NCBI GenBank assembly: GCA_001773775.1
Contig: MEXR01000048.1
Span: 1 to 38,251, forward strand
DNA from: Candidatus Amesbacteria bacterium RIFOXYB1_FULL_44_23
GTDB lineage: Bacteria; Patescibacteriota; Microgenomatia; CAZETR01; Amesbacteraceae
DNA: 38,251 nucleotides
Direction of reading: 5' to 3'
The notes beneath the pieces are model-generated. The model searched no databases, had not been told where the DNA came from, and worked only from the letters and a program-made list of their open reading frames with translations. The translations under genes and the position numbers were made by a program. Position 1 is the first letter of the stretch, and every line of letters begins with the position of its first letter. Positions 25,518 through 35,939 of this stretch are shown here, one piece after another.

Positions 25518-27350
25518 ATGGCCAAAAAACCTTCCTCAGCTTCTGCCTCCGCCTCCTCATTTGCCCAGATGTTTTTCATAATTAAATTTGCCTTAGCTTT
25601 TTTATGGAAAACCGACAAAAAAGCATTTCTTCTGGTGGTATTTTTAAATTCTGTCGCCAGCTTTATCATCATTCCCAATCTTTACCTGGATAAGATTTTT
25701 TTAGACACTTTAATCGGCAATATCGGCAGTCCGGACCCTTTTCGCATTCTGAATTTAATATTGTTAATAGTCGCCGCCCGTTTTGGCTTGGCCGCGGTCA
25801 GAACGTTATCAACCAGGGTCGCCGGCTACTTTAGCCGCATCATTTTTTGGAAAAATAATCAGCGCCTGGAAATTCTTATTGGCAAAAAATATGCCAGTAT
25901 CAGCGTTCCGGTCCTGGAGTCTCCGGAATTCAAAAACCGCTACAACCGTATCGAAAGGGAAAGCTTAAACCGGTTTCACCGTGTCACTGAAAACGTAGTC
26001 AGGATTCCTCAACATATCTCAGCCATTGTTTCTTCTTTATCGTTTTTTGTCATCACTCAGCCGTTTGTCATCGTTTTCTCTCTGGCTTCTCTTCTGCCAT
26101 CAGTGATCGTCGATCGCATTTTTATTAAAAAAGACTACCAGTTAGACACCCAGATAGCCGTATTACATCGTACCCGCGGATTTTATTACTCCCAGCTGGC
26201 CAGAAACCGTTCATACATGGAAATACGGCTTTTAGGAATAGCAGATTACTTAGCCGGTCACATCATCCGGATCTGGAATGACATTATTGCCAAACGCCTG
26301 GCCATGTTCAGGTCCTGGCGCACCTGGAGTTTTCTGGCCGGACTGGTTGATGATATTACCTCTTATTCATTTGATGCCCTGTTTGCGTATCAGGCCATTA
26401 TTCAGCAAATCACCATCGGTACCGCCCAGGCTTATATTCGGGCCATTTCCAGTTTCAAAAGAAGCGTTTCCGATTTAACCGCTGCCACCATGGAGTTGTA
26501 CGAAAATTATTTCTATCTCAATGACTTAGTTTGGTTTTTAAACCTGGATGAACCGTACTTTAACAGTAATGGCCATCTGGTTACAGCTCCGCTTAACCAG
26601 GGGTTTGAATTCAAAAACGTTTGGTTTAAATATCCCGAAACCGATAACTGGATTCTTAAGGGCATTTCTTTCAAAGTCGACTTTAATGAAAACATAGCCA
26701 TTGTCGGCAAAAACGGCGCCGGAAAAACAACTTTGGTTAAACTTTTGTGCGGCTTTTATTCTCCCACCAAAGGCCAGGTTTTAGTTGGCGGCCGGCCGGT
26801 GTCCGGGTTAAACAAACCCTCGTATTGGAAAAAGCTGTCCGTGTTATTCCAGGATTTTGATCAGTTCGGGCTGTCAGCAACCGAGCGCATCGGCATTTCT
26901 GATTTAAACCGGATGTCCGATCCGGATCAGATTATCCACTTTAGTAAATTGGTGGGTATTCATGATTGGATTAAAGGTTTGCCCAAAGGTTACGAAAATC
27001 CGCTTTCCCGGGATTTTGAACACGGGATTATGCCTTCAACCGGCCAGGCCCAAAGAGTCGGCATCGCCAGGACCTTATTCAGAAAAGATGCCGATTTGTT
27101 AATTCTGGATGAACCCACCAGCAACGTCGACCCTGAATCAGAAGAACAAATCTTTGAAGAGATCATCAAACTGGGATTAAAGAAAAACCTGATTTTCATT
27201 TCCCATCGTTTCAGCACCGTTCGAAAAGCCGATCGTATTTTACTGGTTGAAGACGGTCAAATAACCGAAAACGGATCGCATGAAAAATTGATGGCCGAAA
27301 ACGGCACCTATGCCCGGCTTTTCTCTCTCCAGGCCAAAAGTTATCAGTAG
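25518..27350 (+). CDS. ABC exporter, fused permease/ATPase
   Basis: TM domain; GKNGAGKT, PSTGQ, LLILDEPT, ISHR. Confidence 0.93.
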   Translation: MAKKPSSASASASSFAQMFFIIKFALAFLWKTDKKAFLLVVFLNSVASFIIIPNLYLDKIFLDTLIGNIGSPDPFRILNLILLIVAARFGLAAVRTLSTRVAGYFSRIIFWKNNQRLEILIGKKYASISVPVLESPEFKNRYNRIERESLNRFHRVTENVVRIPQHISAIVSSLSFFVITQPFVIVFSLASLLPSVIVDRIFIKKDYQLDTQIAVLHRTRGFYYSQLARNRSYMEIRLLGIADYLAGHIIRIWNDIIAKRLAMFRSWRTWSFLAGLVDDITSYSFDALFAYQAIIQQITIGTAQAYIRAISSFKRSVSDLTAATMELYENYFYLNDLVWFLNLDEPYFNSNGHLVTAPLNQGFEFKNVWFKYPETDNWILKGISFKVDFNENIAIVGKNGAGKTTLVKLLCGFYSPTKGQVLVGGRPVSGLNKPSYWKKLSVLFQDFDQFGLSATERIGISDLNRMSDPDQIIHFSKLVGIHDWIKGLPKGYENPLSRDFEHGIMPSTGQAQRVGIARTLFRKDADLLILDEPTSNVDPESEEQIFEEIIKLGLKKNLIFISHRFSTVRKADRILLVEDGQITENGSHEKLMAENGTYARLFSLQAKSYQ

Positions 27351-27359
27351 TCAAAATGT

Positions 27360-29150
27360 ATGTCCGAAAAAATTAAGTTGGTAAAAATCATTAAATACGT
27401 GTTTTCCTCGCTTTGGCGAATAGATAAGTGGCGCACAATTTTGTATTTGGTTGTAACAAATCTTCGCAGCCTGTTTTCCATTCCGGAATTATATTTAAAC
27501 AAATTATTCATCGAGACCTTATTGGCTGCCATCGCAGCTGGATCTTTTACTTCGTACTCTCAACCGCTTCTCCTGTTAGTTATTGTCAGATTTCTTGTGC
27601 AGCTGTCAGAATCCATCCTTAGTAGAATTGGCTATTTTCTTGGTTACCAGTTGCGACTTAAGTACCAGGCATCAACAGACGATTTTATTAGCGACAAACT
27701 TTATCAGCTGGAGATCCCGGTAATCGAATCTGCCGAGTTTACCACTCGTTTCTCCAGACTCAGATCAAACCGATATCGAGGTTTTAACTTGGCCAACTCC
27801 GTTATTTCAATTCCCAGCGAAATCGCCAGTATTTTTTCCTCTTTGGCCTTAATTTACATTCTCAAGCCTTGGATGGTTCTAATTTCACTGCTTTTTTCCC
27901 TGCCCAAACTGTTTATCAGACGCAAGCTGGCACATAACAGGTTTAAAAATGATGAAATCATTCAGCAAAAATATTCTACTCGAAATGAGGTGGAAAATTT
28001 ACTAAATCACCAGCAGGAAGAAGTCCGCACACTCGGAGCTTTTTCGTTCTTGAAAGAAAAGCGCAGACAGATACGCGATGAAATAAACAACTTAAATTTG
28101 TCATCAGACAAACGCATGTATTTACTCGGCATTTTTCAGGAATTCTTAGATCAGCTTTTTTCCCGCGGCTTCGAAATCTATTTGGTTATTAATGCAATAT
28201 TAGGCAGAATCACCTTTGGCGATTTTCAGGCAGCCAGTAGCGCTTTAAATCGCTTAACGGTAAGTTTGGGTAACGTGTTAAACGTCATAGGTGATAGCAT
28301 GGAGAATCAAATTTATCTTTCTGATTTGATGTGGTTTATCGATCATCCGGTAGAGCCCTTTTTCAGTCACAAAAACTCAGTCAATTTGTCTCCGAAAAAT
28401 TCGCTCATAAAATTTAATCACGTCAATTTCCATTACCCGGGCCACCAGAAATTCTCTTTAAAAAATCTTAATTTTGAGATAAAGCCCGCAGAAAAAATAG
28501 CTTTGGTTGGATTAAACGGTGCCGGAAAGTCAACCATTGTTAAACTCCTTTGCGGCTTTTATAAACCTACCAGTGGGCAGGTTTCATTCGGCAGTCACAA
28601 TATTTTTTCCTATCCCCCTGAAGTATACCGTTCTCATTTGGCGGTTCTTTATCAGAATTTCTGCTACTATTCTGTATCAGCCAAAGAAAGTATTGGCTTA
28701 GGTAACATTCTCAAACTCGAAGACTTTCAGGCTATTCAATCAGTCGCTAAATTGACCAAGATTGACTCCTGGATCAAAAGTTTGCCCCAACAGTATCAAA
28801 CTCCATTGGCCACCCATTATCCCAACGGAGTCCAGCCGTCTGGTGGCCAAAGACAGCGTATTGCTCTGGCTAGGATTATGCTCAAATCAGCCGAGGTTTA
28901 TATTTTAGACGAACCCACCAGTCAGGTCGACGCATTGGCTGAAGAAGAAATATTCTCTGAAGTGCTTGACCTTTTAAAAGACAAAACGGTTATTTTTATT
29001 TCCCACCGTTTTTGCACAGTTAGACGAGCCGATCGCATTCTTTTGATCGAAGACGGTCAAATCACCGAAAACGAATCTCATGAGAAATTGATGGCCCAAA
29101 ACGGCACCTATGCCCGGCTTTTCTCTCTCCAGGCCAAAAGTTATCAGTAA
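27360..29150 (+). CDS. ABC exporter, fused permease/ATPase (paralogue)
   Basis: TM domain; GLNGAGKS, PSGGQ, YILDEPT, ISHR. Confidence 0.93.
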   Translation: MSEKIKLVKIIKYVFSSLWRIDKWRTILYLVVTNLRSLFSIPELYLNKLFIETLLAAIAAGSFTSYSQPLLLLVIVRFLVQLSESILSRIGYFLGYQLRLKYQASTDDFISDKLYQLEIPVIESAEFTTRFSRLRSNRYRGFNLANSVISIPSEIASIFSSLALIYILKPWMVLISLLFSLPKLFIRRKLAHNRFKNDEIIQQKYSTRNEVENLLNHQQEEVRTLGAFSFLKEKRRQIRDEINNLNLSSDKRMYLLGIFQEFLDQLFSRGFEIYLVINAILGRITFGDFQAASSALNRLTVSLGNVLNVIGDSMENQIYLSDLMWFIDHPVEPFFSHKNSVNLSPKNSLIKFNHVNFHYPGHQKFSLKNLNFEIKPAEKIALVGLNGAGKSTIVKLLCGFYKPTSGQVSFGSHNIFSYPPEVYRSHLAVLYQNFCYYSVSAKESIGLGNILKLEDFQAIQSVAKLTKIDSWIKSLPQQYQTPLATHYPNGVQPSGGQRQRIALARIMLKSAEVYILDEPTSQVDALAEEEIFSEVLDLLKDKTVIFISHRFCTVRRADRILLIEDGQITENESHEKLMAQNGTYARLFSLQAKSYQ

Positions 29151-29152
29151 CT

Positions 29153-29833
29153 ATGAAATTATCTTCCCCTCCATTTGAAATCTTCGTGTATCCTTCTCTG
29201 GGTACCAGCCGTACCTACTTAATCAAAACTAAATCGGAAAAGATATTAATCGACCCCGGATGGCCTTCTTTTGTCCTCCCGATTTTAAAATCCCACCCCG
29301 ACATCTCTTTGATCGTTCTTACGCATCGCCACTACGATCACCATGGTGCGGCCCCCTTAGTAAATAAACTGACCCGGGCCCCCATCGTTGCCGCTGCTAC
29401 GGCTAACACTACAGCTATCGAAATTCCCCCAGTGCATACATTTATATTTAAACTCATTCGCTCTTGGGCCAGAGCCGGCTTCTTTTTTCCCAGACTCACC
29501 GACTTTGCAAATATCGCCCTCAAGCTTCAGTCAGTGGACGCCATCTTAAAAGACGGCGACTTTATCGATAAGTCGGGTTTATTTAAGGTGGTTTCCACTC
29601 CTGGTCACACTTCAGACAGTATTTGTATCTATAGTCCCAAATATCAAATCCTTTTTTCCGGAGACACCATCGTCAATCCGTTTAATAAGCCCAGATGGGT
29701 TCGCCTGATAACCAACCGTCAGCAATTTTCCGATACCCAGCACAAGATCGCTCGTTTGCAGATCAAAAAAGTGTATCCCGGCCACGGAGAGCCATTCTTA
29801 CTTACAGATGCTAAAATGCTTTATGAGCACTAA
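29153..29833 (+). CDS. MBL-fold metallo-hydrolase
   Basis: THRHYDHH, TPGHT, FSGD, PGHG. Confidence 0.92.
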   Translation: MKLSSPPFEIFVYPSLGTSRTYLIKTKSEKILIDPGWPSFVLPILKSHPDISLIVLTHRHYDHHGAAPLVNKLTRAPIVAAATANTTAIEIPPVHTFIFKLIRSWARAGFFFPRLTDFANIALKLQSVDAILKDGDFIDKSGLFKVVSTPGHTSDSICIYSPKYQILFSGDTIVNPFNKPRWVRLITNRQQFSDTQHKIARLQIKKVYPGHGEPFLLTDAKMLYEH

Positions 29834-30290
29834 TTTGGTCACTTCCTCCCAAATTACTGACGAACTGATTCGTCAGTTAAATCAAAAAAATGAATCCCAG
29901 GTAGGCGATGCGGATGTTTTAGAAGGCGAGGTGGTGGGAGACTCTGCTTCTTCATCTTCCGTTCAATCTTCTGCCTCCACTTTTCCTGCTGACTCCAGTC
30001 CGGAAAAAGAACTTAGGTCCAGAATTGAATCTGGGGAATGGGACAACCTTGACGATCTGGAGGCTTTTAAAGCCAGAACCCCGGAAGGCCAACTCATGGC
30101 CAGAACCGAAGCTCTGGACTTTCGGGTCAGACAACTAGAGCTTCGTCTGCCGATGCTTTTAAATGAGCACCTGCACGACGCCTATATTCAGGTCCTAAAA
30201 AAGATTCACGCTTTAAGAAAAACCAAAGGCGCCATTTTTTATTATTTCTATAAAGATTCCGGTCAAAGGGATTTAGGAGACGGCAGGTAA
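29823..30290 (+). CDS. hypothetical protein
   Basis: ORF; probable ATG 29823 after TAAAAT; Ser-rich linker. Confidence 0.6.
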   Translation: MSTNLVTSSQITDELIRQLNQKNESQVGDADVLEGEVVGDSASSSSVQSSASTFPADSSPEKELRSRIESGEWDNLDDLEAFKARTPEGQLMARTEALDFRVRQLELRLPMLLNEHLHDAYIQVLKKIHALRKTKGAIFYYFYKDSGQRDLGDGR

Positions 30291-30302
30291 CCAGTCTAAA
30301 AA

Positions 30303-30944
30303 ATGTTTGATTTTTTAAAACCCAAGGTTTTGGAAGAGGCCCACTCCAAATATAGTGGCCTACTCAAAGTCATTTCCGGTTTTGGTTATAAGTACATTAG
30401 TACCGGCCCCCTGACTCAAACCGGAGGCATCGTCAAAGATGTATGGGAACCGGTCTTAAAAAAATACGGAAAAACCAGAAAATCCTGGTTAATTTTGGGA
30501 TTGGCCGGCGGCACTATCGCCAAAATCGTTTCCGAACGTTTTTCACCGATCGAAATTGTGGGTGTGGAAATTGATCCGGTCATGATCCAGCTGGGCCGCA
30601 AATACCTGGATTTGGACAAAATAGCCCATTTAAAAGTAGAGGTCACCGATGCCAAACAATACGTCCACAACTTAAGCCTTAAACCCACCCCTAAATCCGG
30701 CAGCCACTTTGATTACATCTTGGTAGATATGTATTTAGGAGACCAGTTGCCTTCGTTTGTTTACGATCCCAAATTTTTGCAAAAGCTTAAATCATCCGGC
30801 TCCATCGTTATTTTTAACCATCTTTTTTATGATGCTCCCAAAAAGACCCTGGCCCACTCGCTGATCGAACAACTAAAGACCGTCTTTTCTGACATTCAGC
30901 TGTCCCGCCAGCTGACTAATTTATTGATTGTTTGCAAAGCGTAA
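30303..30944 (+). CDS. SAM-dependent methyltransferase (spermidine synthase-like)
   Basis: LILGLAGG, VEIDP, DA, FDYILVD. Confidence 0.85.
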   Translation: MFDFLKPKVLEEAHSKYSGLLKVISGFGYKYISTGPLTQTGGIVKDVWEPVLKKYGKTRKSWLILGLAGGTIAKIVSERFSPIEIVGVEIDPVMIQLGRKYLDLDKIAHLKVEVTDAKQYVHNLSLKPTPKSGSHFDYILVDMYLGDQLPSFVYDPKFLQKLKSSGSIVIFNHLFYDAPKKTLAHSLIEQLKTVFSDIQLSRQLTNLLIVCKA

Positions 30945-30982
30945 CTGGGACAATTCAGGTATAATAAACGCCGCATATATTT

Positions 30983-33781
30983 ATGGCTCTTTTTAACAAA
31001 CTTTTTTCTAAATTCTTAGACTTTAACCAAAAGGAAATCAATCGTTTGGTAGCGACTGTCGCCGAAGTAAATTTGCTTACCGCCAAATTTGCCAAGCTCA
31101 AAAAACCTGAGGATTTTAGTAGTTACACTGCCGACTTGAAAAATCGCCTGACTGAAGGTCAGACTCTCAACCAGGTTCTTCCCGAAGCCTTTGCTTTAGC
31201 TCGCGAAGCTTCCGAAAGAGCCATTGGTTTGCGTCCTTACGACGTTCAGCTGATGGCCGCTATGTGTTTTCATGAAGGAAAAGTCGCCGAACAGCGCACC
31301 GGTGAGGGAAAAACCCTCTCAGCCGTTCCTGCCTTGTACCTAAACGCCTTAACCGGCAAGGGAGCCCATTTGGTGACCGTTAACGATTACCTGGCCCGGC
31401 GTGACGCCGGCTGGAATGGTCCCACTTTCCACTTGCTGGGGCTTTCGGTGGGAGTCATCATGCACGAGAAGTCATTTTTGTACGATCCGCAGTATTTCGA
31501 TCCTGCTCACGGCGATGATCGGCTGGCCCATTTGCGGCCGTGTGACAGAAAAGTGGCCTACAGTGCCGACATCACTTATGGCACCAACAATGAATTCGGT
31601 TTTGATTATCTGCGAGACAATATGGTAGGCAGCCTTGAGGAAAAATCCCAACGCGGTCATCATTTTGCCATTGTCGACGAGGTCGATTCCATTCTCATCG
31701 ACGAAGCCCGCACTCCTCTGATCATTTCCATGCCCGATACCGAGCCCACGCAAAAATATTATGAATTTGCCAAATTAGTCGACCGTCTGTCAGCCGATAC
31801 CGATTACATTATCGACGAAAAACACAGAACCGCCAATCTTTCCGAACACGGACTGAAAAAAGTCGAAAAAATGCTCAATGTGGAAAATCTTTATGAAAAA
31901 GATTTCGATACCATTCATCATGTCGAAAATGCTCTCAAAGCCCGGGCCTTGTTCATCAAAGACAAAGACTACATCATCCGCGAAAACCAGGTGGTCATCG
32001 TTGATGAATTTACCGGTCGTCTGATGCCCGGTCGCCGTTGGTCGGAAGGAATTCATCAGGCGGTTGAAGCCAAGGAAAACGTTACCATTCAGCAGGAATC
32101 AAAAACTATGGCCACCATTTCTTTCCAAAATTACTTCCGTATGTACGAAAAACTATCCGGTATGACCGGAACTGCCGCTACCGAAGCCGAAGAGCTGAAC
32201 AAAATTTACAAATTAGAAGTAGTGATTATCCCTACTAACAAACCCATGGTCAGGGCCGACCATGCCGATATCATTTATAAAACTACTCGGGCCAAATACA
32301 CGGCTTTAGCCAATTTAATTGGCGAACTGCATAAAAAAGGCCAGCCGATTCTGGTTGGTACCACTTCAATTGAAAAAAACGAAATTGTTTCTGATCTGCT
32401 TCATCACAAAAAGATTCCTCACCAACTTCTTAATGCTAAAAACCATGAAAAGGAAGCTACCATTATTTCCGAAGCTGGTAGGCTTGGTGCAGTCACTATC
32501 GCCACCAACATTGCCGGTCGCGGTGTGGACATTATTCTGGGCGGAACTCCTCCGCCAAACCCTAAGTTTGTTTTAGGGGACGATCGCCTCACCGAAGCAG
32601 CTTACAAAAAAGAATTGGCCAAATGGCAAAAAGCCCACGACGACGTTGTGGCTGCCGGAGGCCTATATGTAATAGGTACCGAGCGTCATGAATCCAGACG
32701 CATCGACAACCAGCTTCGCGGCCGCTCCGGCCGTCAGGGAGACCCGGGCGCTACCAGATTTTATTTGTCTCTGGATGACGACATCATGCGCATTTTTGGC
32801 GGAGACCAGGTAGCTAAAATTATGGGTTTTCTGAAAATTCCCGAAGACGAACCGATTGAACACGGCATGGTCAGTAAAGCCATCGAACAGGCCCAGGTCA
32901 AAGTCGAAGGCTTCAATTTTGACGCCAGAAAGAGCGTCGTCGAATATGACGATGTCATGAATAAGCAAAGAGAAATTGTTTATGGCTTAAGAAACAGGGT
33001 CTTAAACGGAGAAGTTACCGATCAGGAAATATTGGAGAAGCTTCAGAAGAATCTTAAAAATGTCATCAACATGTATGCCCCGCGGGGAATTGTTGAATCT
33101 GAAGTTCTGCCGATAACTACCGCCCTGGTCGACATTATTCCTTTTGATGATGCTTCCCAACAAGCTTTATCCGATCAGTTTCAAAAATTAGGTACGGCTG
33201 ATGAAATTTCCAAAATGACCGACGGAATTGTCGCCGACACTTTAGAAAAACGTAAAGACCAGGTGGGGGAGCAAAATTGGCAGCAAATCAAAAAGTTTGC
33301 CTATCTCTCTTCAATCGACCATTTGTGGGTAGAGCATTTGGACGCAGTGGATGATCTGCGTTCCGGAATCAGTCTTCGTGGTTATGGTCAGCGTGATCCC
33401 TTGGTGGAATATAAAGGTGAAGCCTTTTCCATGTTTGAAAGATTGGTTACTCAGATTGATTCCGAATTTGGCAAAAGACTATTCAGAATCCAAATCGGAG
33501 ATCCGCGCCAGGCTCCTCCTCCAAAAGCCATCGAAATTAAACCCAACTTTGATATCTCCACCCAGGACTCTGTGCCTTCGACCCAAAATCAAGCTGATTC
33601 ACCAGCTAGAAAGCTGCCGTTTATGAAAGGAAAACCCAAAACAGTTTCTCCTGATTTTCTCTCAGCCATGCAGGGATTACAAAAAGGTGGTGTCGAAAAT
33701 AAAACCAAAAACTTAGGCAGAAACGATCCCTGCTGGTGTGGAAGTGGAAAAAAGTACAAACGTTGCCACTATCCAAATTAG
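30983..33781 (+). CDS. secA: preprotein translocase ATPase SecA
   Basis: TGEGKT, VTVNDYLA, DEVDSILIDEARTPLIIS, RIDNQLRGRSGRQGDPG, SEC-C GRNDPCWCGSGKKYKRCH. Confidence 0.99.
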   Translation: MALFNKLFSKFLDFNQKEINRLVATVAEVNLLTAKFAKLKKPEDFSSYTADLKNRLTEGQTLNQVLPEAFALAREASERAIGLRPYDVQLMAAMCFHEGKVAEQRTGEGKTLSAVPALYLNALTGKGAHLVTVNDYLARRDAGWNGPTFHLLGLSVGVIMHEKSFLYDPQYFDPAHGDDRLAHLRPCDRKVAYSADITYGTNNEFGFDYLRDNMVGSLEEKSQRGHHFAIVDEVDSILIDEARTPLIISMPDTEPTQKYYEFAKLVDRLSADTDYIIDEKHRTANLSEHGLKKVEKMLNVENLYEKDFDTIHHVENALKARALFIKDKDYIIRENQVVIVDEFTGRLMPGRRWSEGIHQAVEAKENVTIQQESKTMATISFQNYFRMYEKLSGMTGTAATEAEELNKIYKLEVVIIPTNKPMVRADHADIIYKTTRAKYTALANLIGELHKKGQPILVGTTSIEKNEIVSDLLHHKKIPHQLLNAKNHEKEATIISEAGRLGAVTIATNIAGRGVDIILGGTPPPNPKFVLGDDRLTEAAYKKELAKWQKAHDDVVAAGGLYVIGTERHESRRIDNQLRGRSGRQGDPGATRFYLSLDDDIMRIFGGDQVAKIMGFLKIPEDEPIEHGMVSKAIEQAQVKVEGFNFDARKSVVEYDDVMNKQREIVYGLRNRVLNGEVTDQEILEKLQKNLKNVINMYAPRGIVESEVLPITTALVDIIPFDDASQQALSDQFQKLGTADEISKMTDGIVADTLEKRKDQVGEQNWQQIKKFAYLSSIDHLWVEHLDAVDDLRSGISLRGYGQRDPLVEYKGEAFSMFERLVTQIDSEFGKRLFRIQIGDPRQAPPPKAIEIKPNFDISTQDSVPSTQNQADSPARKLPFMKGKPKTVSPDFLSAMQGLQKGGVENKTKNLGRNDPCWCGSGKKYKRCHYPN

Positions 33782-33993
33782 GGCTATATATAGGAATATT
33801 ATCGATACCAGGATTAACAGTTTTTAAGAATAAACTGCATCAAACCGAATTTCTAATCCCCAGCCTCAATGGTCTAGTTGTTGAAAATCATCCTTAACCA
33901 CATGGTATAAATTTCTTGTCTATAATCTGCGCTAATAATTTAATCCTTGAGTATAAATTATTAATTTGGGTACGAACTGTTAAAATGTAGAAT

Positions 33994-34761
33994 ATGGATG
34001 ACGGTTCTACAGAAAATACATCTTCTGAAGAACAGAGAATGATTCTGACTCCCTTAAGATTTGCGAAGGAATTTACAAACATTTGGCCACAAATAAGGAG
34101 AAACGGTCATTTTAATTATTTTTTTGCAGGGAGTCTTGCAACGAATATCCTAATGCACGCAAAAAATATCCAAGATGTTGGATCTTCCAAAGCTATACCA
34201 ATTACTCCTGAAATTAGAAGACTGTTTGTAACAAACAAAATAAAGGATATAGATATTGCATACAGCCCAGATCATGAAGTTTGGATGGACGATGTTTTCA
34301 GCAAAGAATTTGAGAAATTCGAGAGATGTATTCAAAAATACAGATCTATAAGTGCATCGCCAAAAGGTATGGGGCTTGACCTGGCTTTAGAAGAATCATC
34401 GATTAATACTAGATATAAAGTTGTTACCACTGATGGAAATGAGTTCTATATTGTAGGATTAGACGCTATGATTGCCCATAAATTGGTATCTTTGGTTCGA
34501 GTTCATCGGGCTTATCCTGAAACAGCAAATGCCCAAATCGAGAGTATTTACAAAGCAGCGACAAGTGTTTATGGAACAGAGCATATTAAAGGTGTTATTA
34601 TTGGATTGTTTAAATTTTATAGAAAATACCTAAAACACTATAATGATTTATTTGGGACGCTTGAAACAGTCGCGTCTGAACTGGATACCAACAAAAAGAT
34701 TTCCCCATTTGTTAAAAATTTGTTCTCTTTAGCTGTAAAATCTAGCCAAAGGGGCATATAA
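33994..34761 (+). CDS. hypothetical protein, nucleotidyltransferase-like
   Basis: FAGSLA...KDIDI (GS plus DxD) and later LD / IAHKL. Confidence 0.55.
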   Translation: MDDGSTENTSSEEQRMILTPLRFAKEFTNIWPQIRRNGHFNYFFAGSLATNILMHAKNIQDVGSSKAIPITPEIRRLFVTNKIKDIDIAYSPDHEVWMDDVFSKEFEKFERCIQKYRSISASPKGMGLDLALEESSINTRYKVVTTDGNEFYIVGLDAMIAHKLVSLVRVHRAYPETANAQIESIYKAATSVYGTEHIKGVIIGLFKFYRKYLKHYNDLFGTLETVASELDTNKKISPFVKNLFSLAVKSSQRGI

Positions 34762-34814
34762 CTGGTTCGGTCTTCTTTTTATTCCGGATCCTACTTTCAT
34801 GAGGTACCCATTAT

Positions 34815-34845
34815 GCTAGCATTTCAAAAATGTCATTATCCAAAC
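34815..34845 (+). repeat. secA 3'-end copy 1
   Basis: GCTAGCATTTCAAAAA-TGTCATTATCCAAAC (KCHYPN). Confidence 0.75.
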
Positions 34846-34877
34846 AAGTATGTATTTGTCCCATCAAGCGCTTAATT

Positions 34878-35189
34878 TCAAACCGAGCGTTGTTCTTCTC
34901 TGCTTAGTTTAACTGCTTTTAGGAATCTTTCTGCTACTCTAATATCATTATATAGCTCAGATTTAGGATCTCTGTTTCCTGCGTAAAATTTCAATACGCC
35001 ATCCACACGATCAATAGGCATTGTAATAGCAACTGCAACTTGATTAAGTCTCTTCTCTTCGGAAATGTCCGGAAACTTAACAGAAAAATCATCAGCAACC
35101 AAAGCGTCCATTATTAGCATGCCAAGGGCTGCGTCCTGAGTTAATCTCTCCCTATCAGATAAACGCACTTCAGGACTGTTTGTATCCAT
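34878..35189 (-). CDS. hypothetical protein
   Basis: 103-aa ORF filling one cassette. Confidence 0.65.
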   Translation of the reverse strand: MDTNSPEVRLSDRERLTQDAALGMLIMDALVADDFSVKFPDISEEKRLNQVAVAITMPIDRVDGVLKFYAGNRDPKSELYNDIRVAERFLKAVKLSREEQRSV

Positions 35190-35234
35190 ATTTATATGAA
35201 TGACTCTCTAACAACTGAAATTATACACTATCAA

Positions 35235-35271
35235 GCTAACACCTCAAAAAAAATGCCACTATCCGAATTAA
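35235..35271 (+). repeat. secA 3'-end copy 2
   Basis: GCTAACACCTCAAAAAAAA-TGCCACTATCCGAATTAA (KCHYPN*). Confidence 0.85.
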
Positions 35272-35417
35272 ATCTAAATATATGGCCCTAGCAAATTAAG
35301 TATTCTAAGAACAAATTAAAGCGGATTATATATTATTTTTCAGCCTCACTTCTTCACTTCCCCACAACCGCCAGTGAGCATATAGTATTTTCTTGTAAGT
35401 ATTTCTATACTTAGAGT

Positions 35418-35858
35418 ATGAAACCTCTTCCGGTATTAATTAAAAACAATTATTTAAAAGTAGCCATTGTATTGGGTTTCATACTTCCTTTAGTCATTTT
35501 AGATTTTCTAGGCAGAAGAAGTGATATCGTTGATGACCGCTTGGCTTATCCTCTGCTGTTATATTTTTCTGGAAGTATGGTTTTGTTTCCGCTGACAGGT
35601 ATATTACGAGATTTAGTCAATATGCTTCCCAAAAACACTATTTTTAACATGTCACAACAAGTTGCTAAACATCCCATAGATCTTGAAAAGAGTCTGTCCA
35701 CAACGAACTTGAGCCCCCAAGAAGTTGAACAGAAAAAATCAGCTGTCTATAGTTTATTTAGTTTTAGTATTATCACCGGTTTAGAATTTATCTCGTTTAG
35801 TATGGGACTAGTAATTATCGCTGCTTTAATTTTGGGATTGATAAGTAAATTACTGTGA
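35418..35858 (+). CDS. membrane protein (3 TM)
   Basis: Hydrophobic segments; TATACT 6 nt before ATG. Confidence 0.7.
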   Translation: MKPLPVLIKNNYLKVAIVLGFILPLVILDFLGRRSDIVDDRLAYPLLLYFSGSMVLFPLTGILRDLVNMLPKNTIFNMSQQVAKHPIDLEKSLSTTNLSPQEVEQKKSAVYSLFSFSIITGLEFISFSMGLVIIAALILGLISKLL

Positions 35859-35870
35859 GGCACCGGTTTT

Positions 35871-35917
35871 GTTGGCACTTCAGGAAATGTCACTATCCCA
35901 CTTAAGGTCTATATATA
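35871..35917 (+). repeat. secA 3'-end copy 3
   Basis: GTTGGCACTTCAGGAAA-TGTCACTATCCCACTTAA-GGTCTATATATA (KCHYPT*); also matches the post-stop GGCTATATATA of secA. Confidence 0.85.
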
Positions 35918-35939
35918 AGCCTTATTCTGTAGTCTCCTT

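Larger units (their letters stand above)
33764..35905. mobile_element. tandem single-gene cassette array at the secA 3' end
   Basis: TGYCAYTATCC core at 33764 (in secA), 34831, 35254, 35888; one ORF between successive copies. Confidence 0.7.

Noticed and set aside
33851-33870. TTCTAATCCC-CAGCCTCAAT resembling pieces of the 126-bp repeat
   Set aside because: Two 10-mers in inconsistent orientation; could be chance
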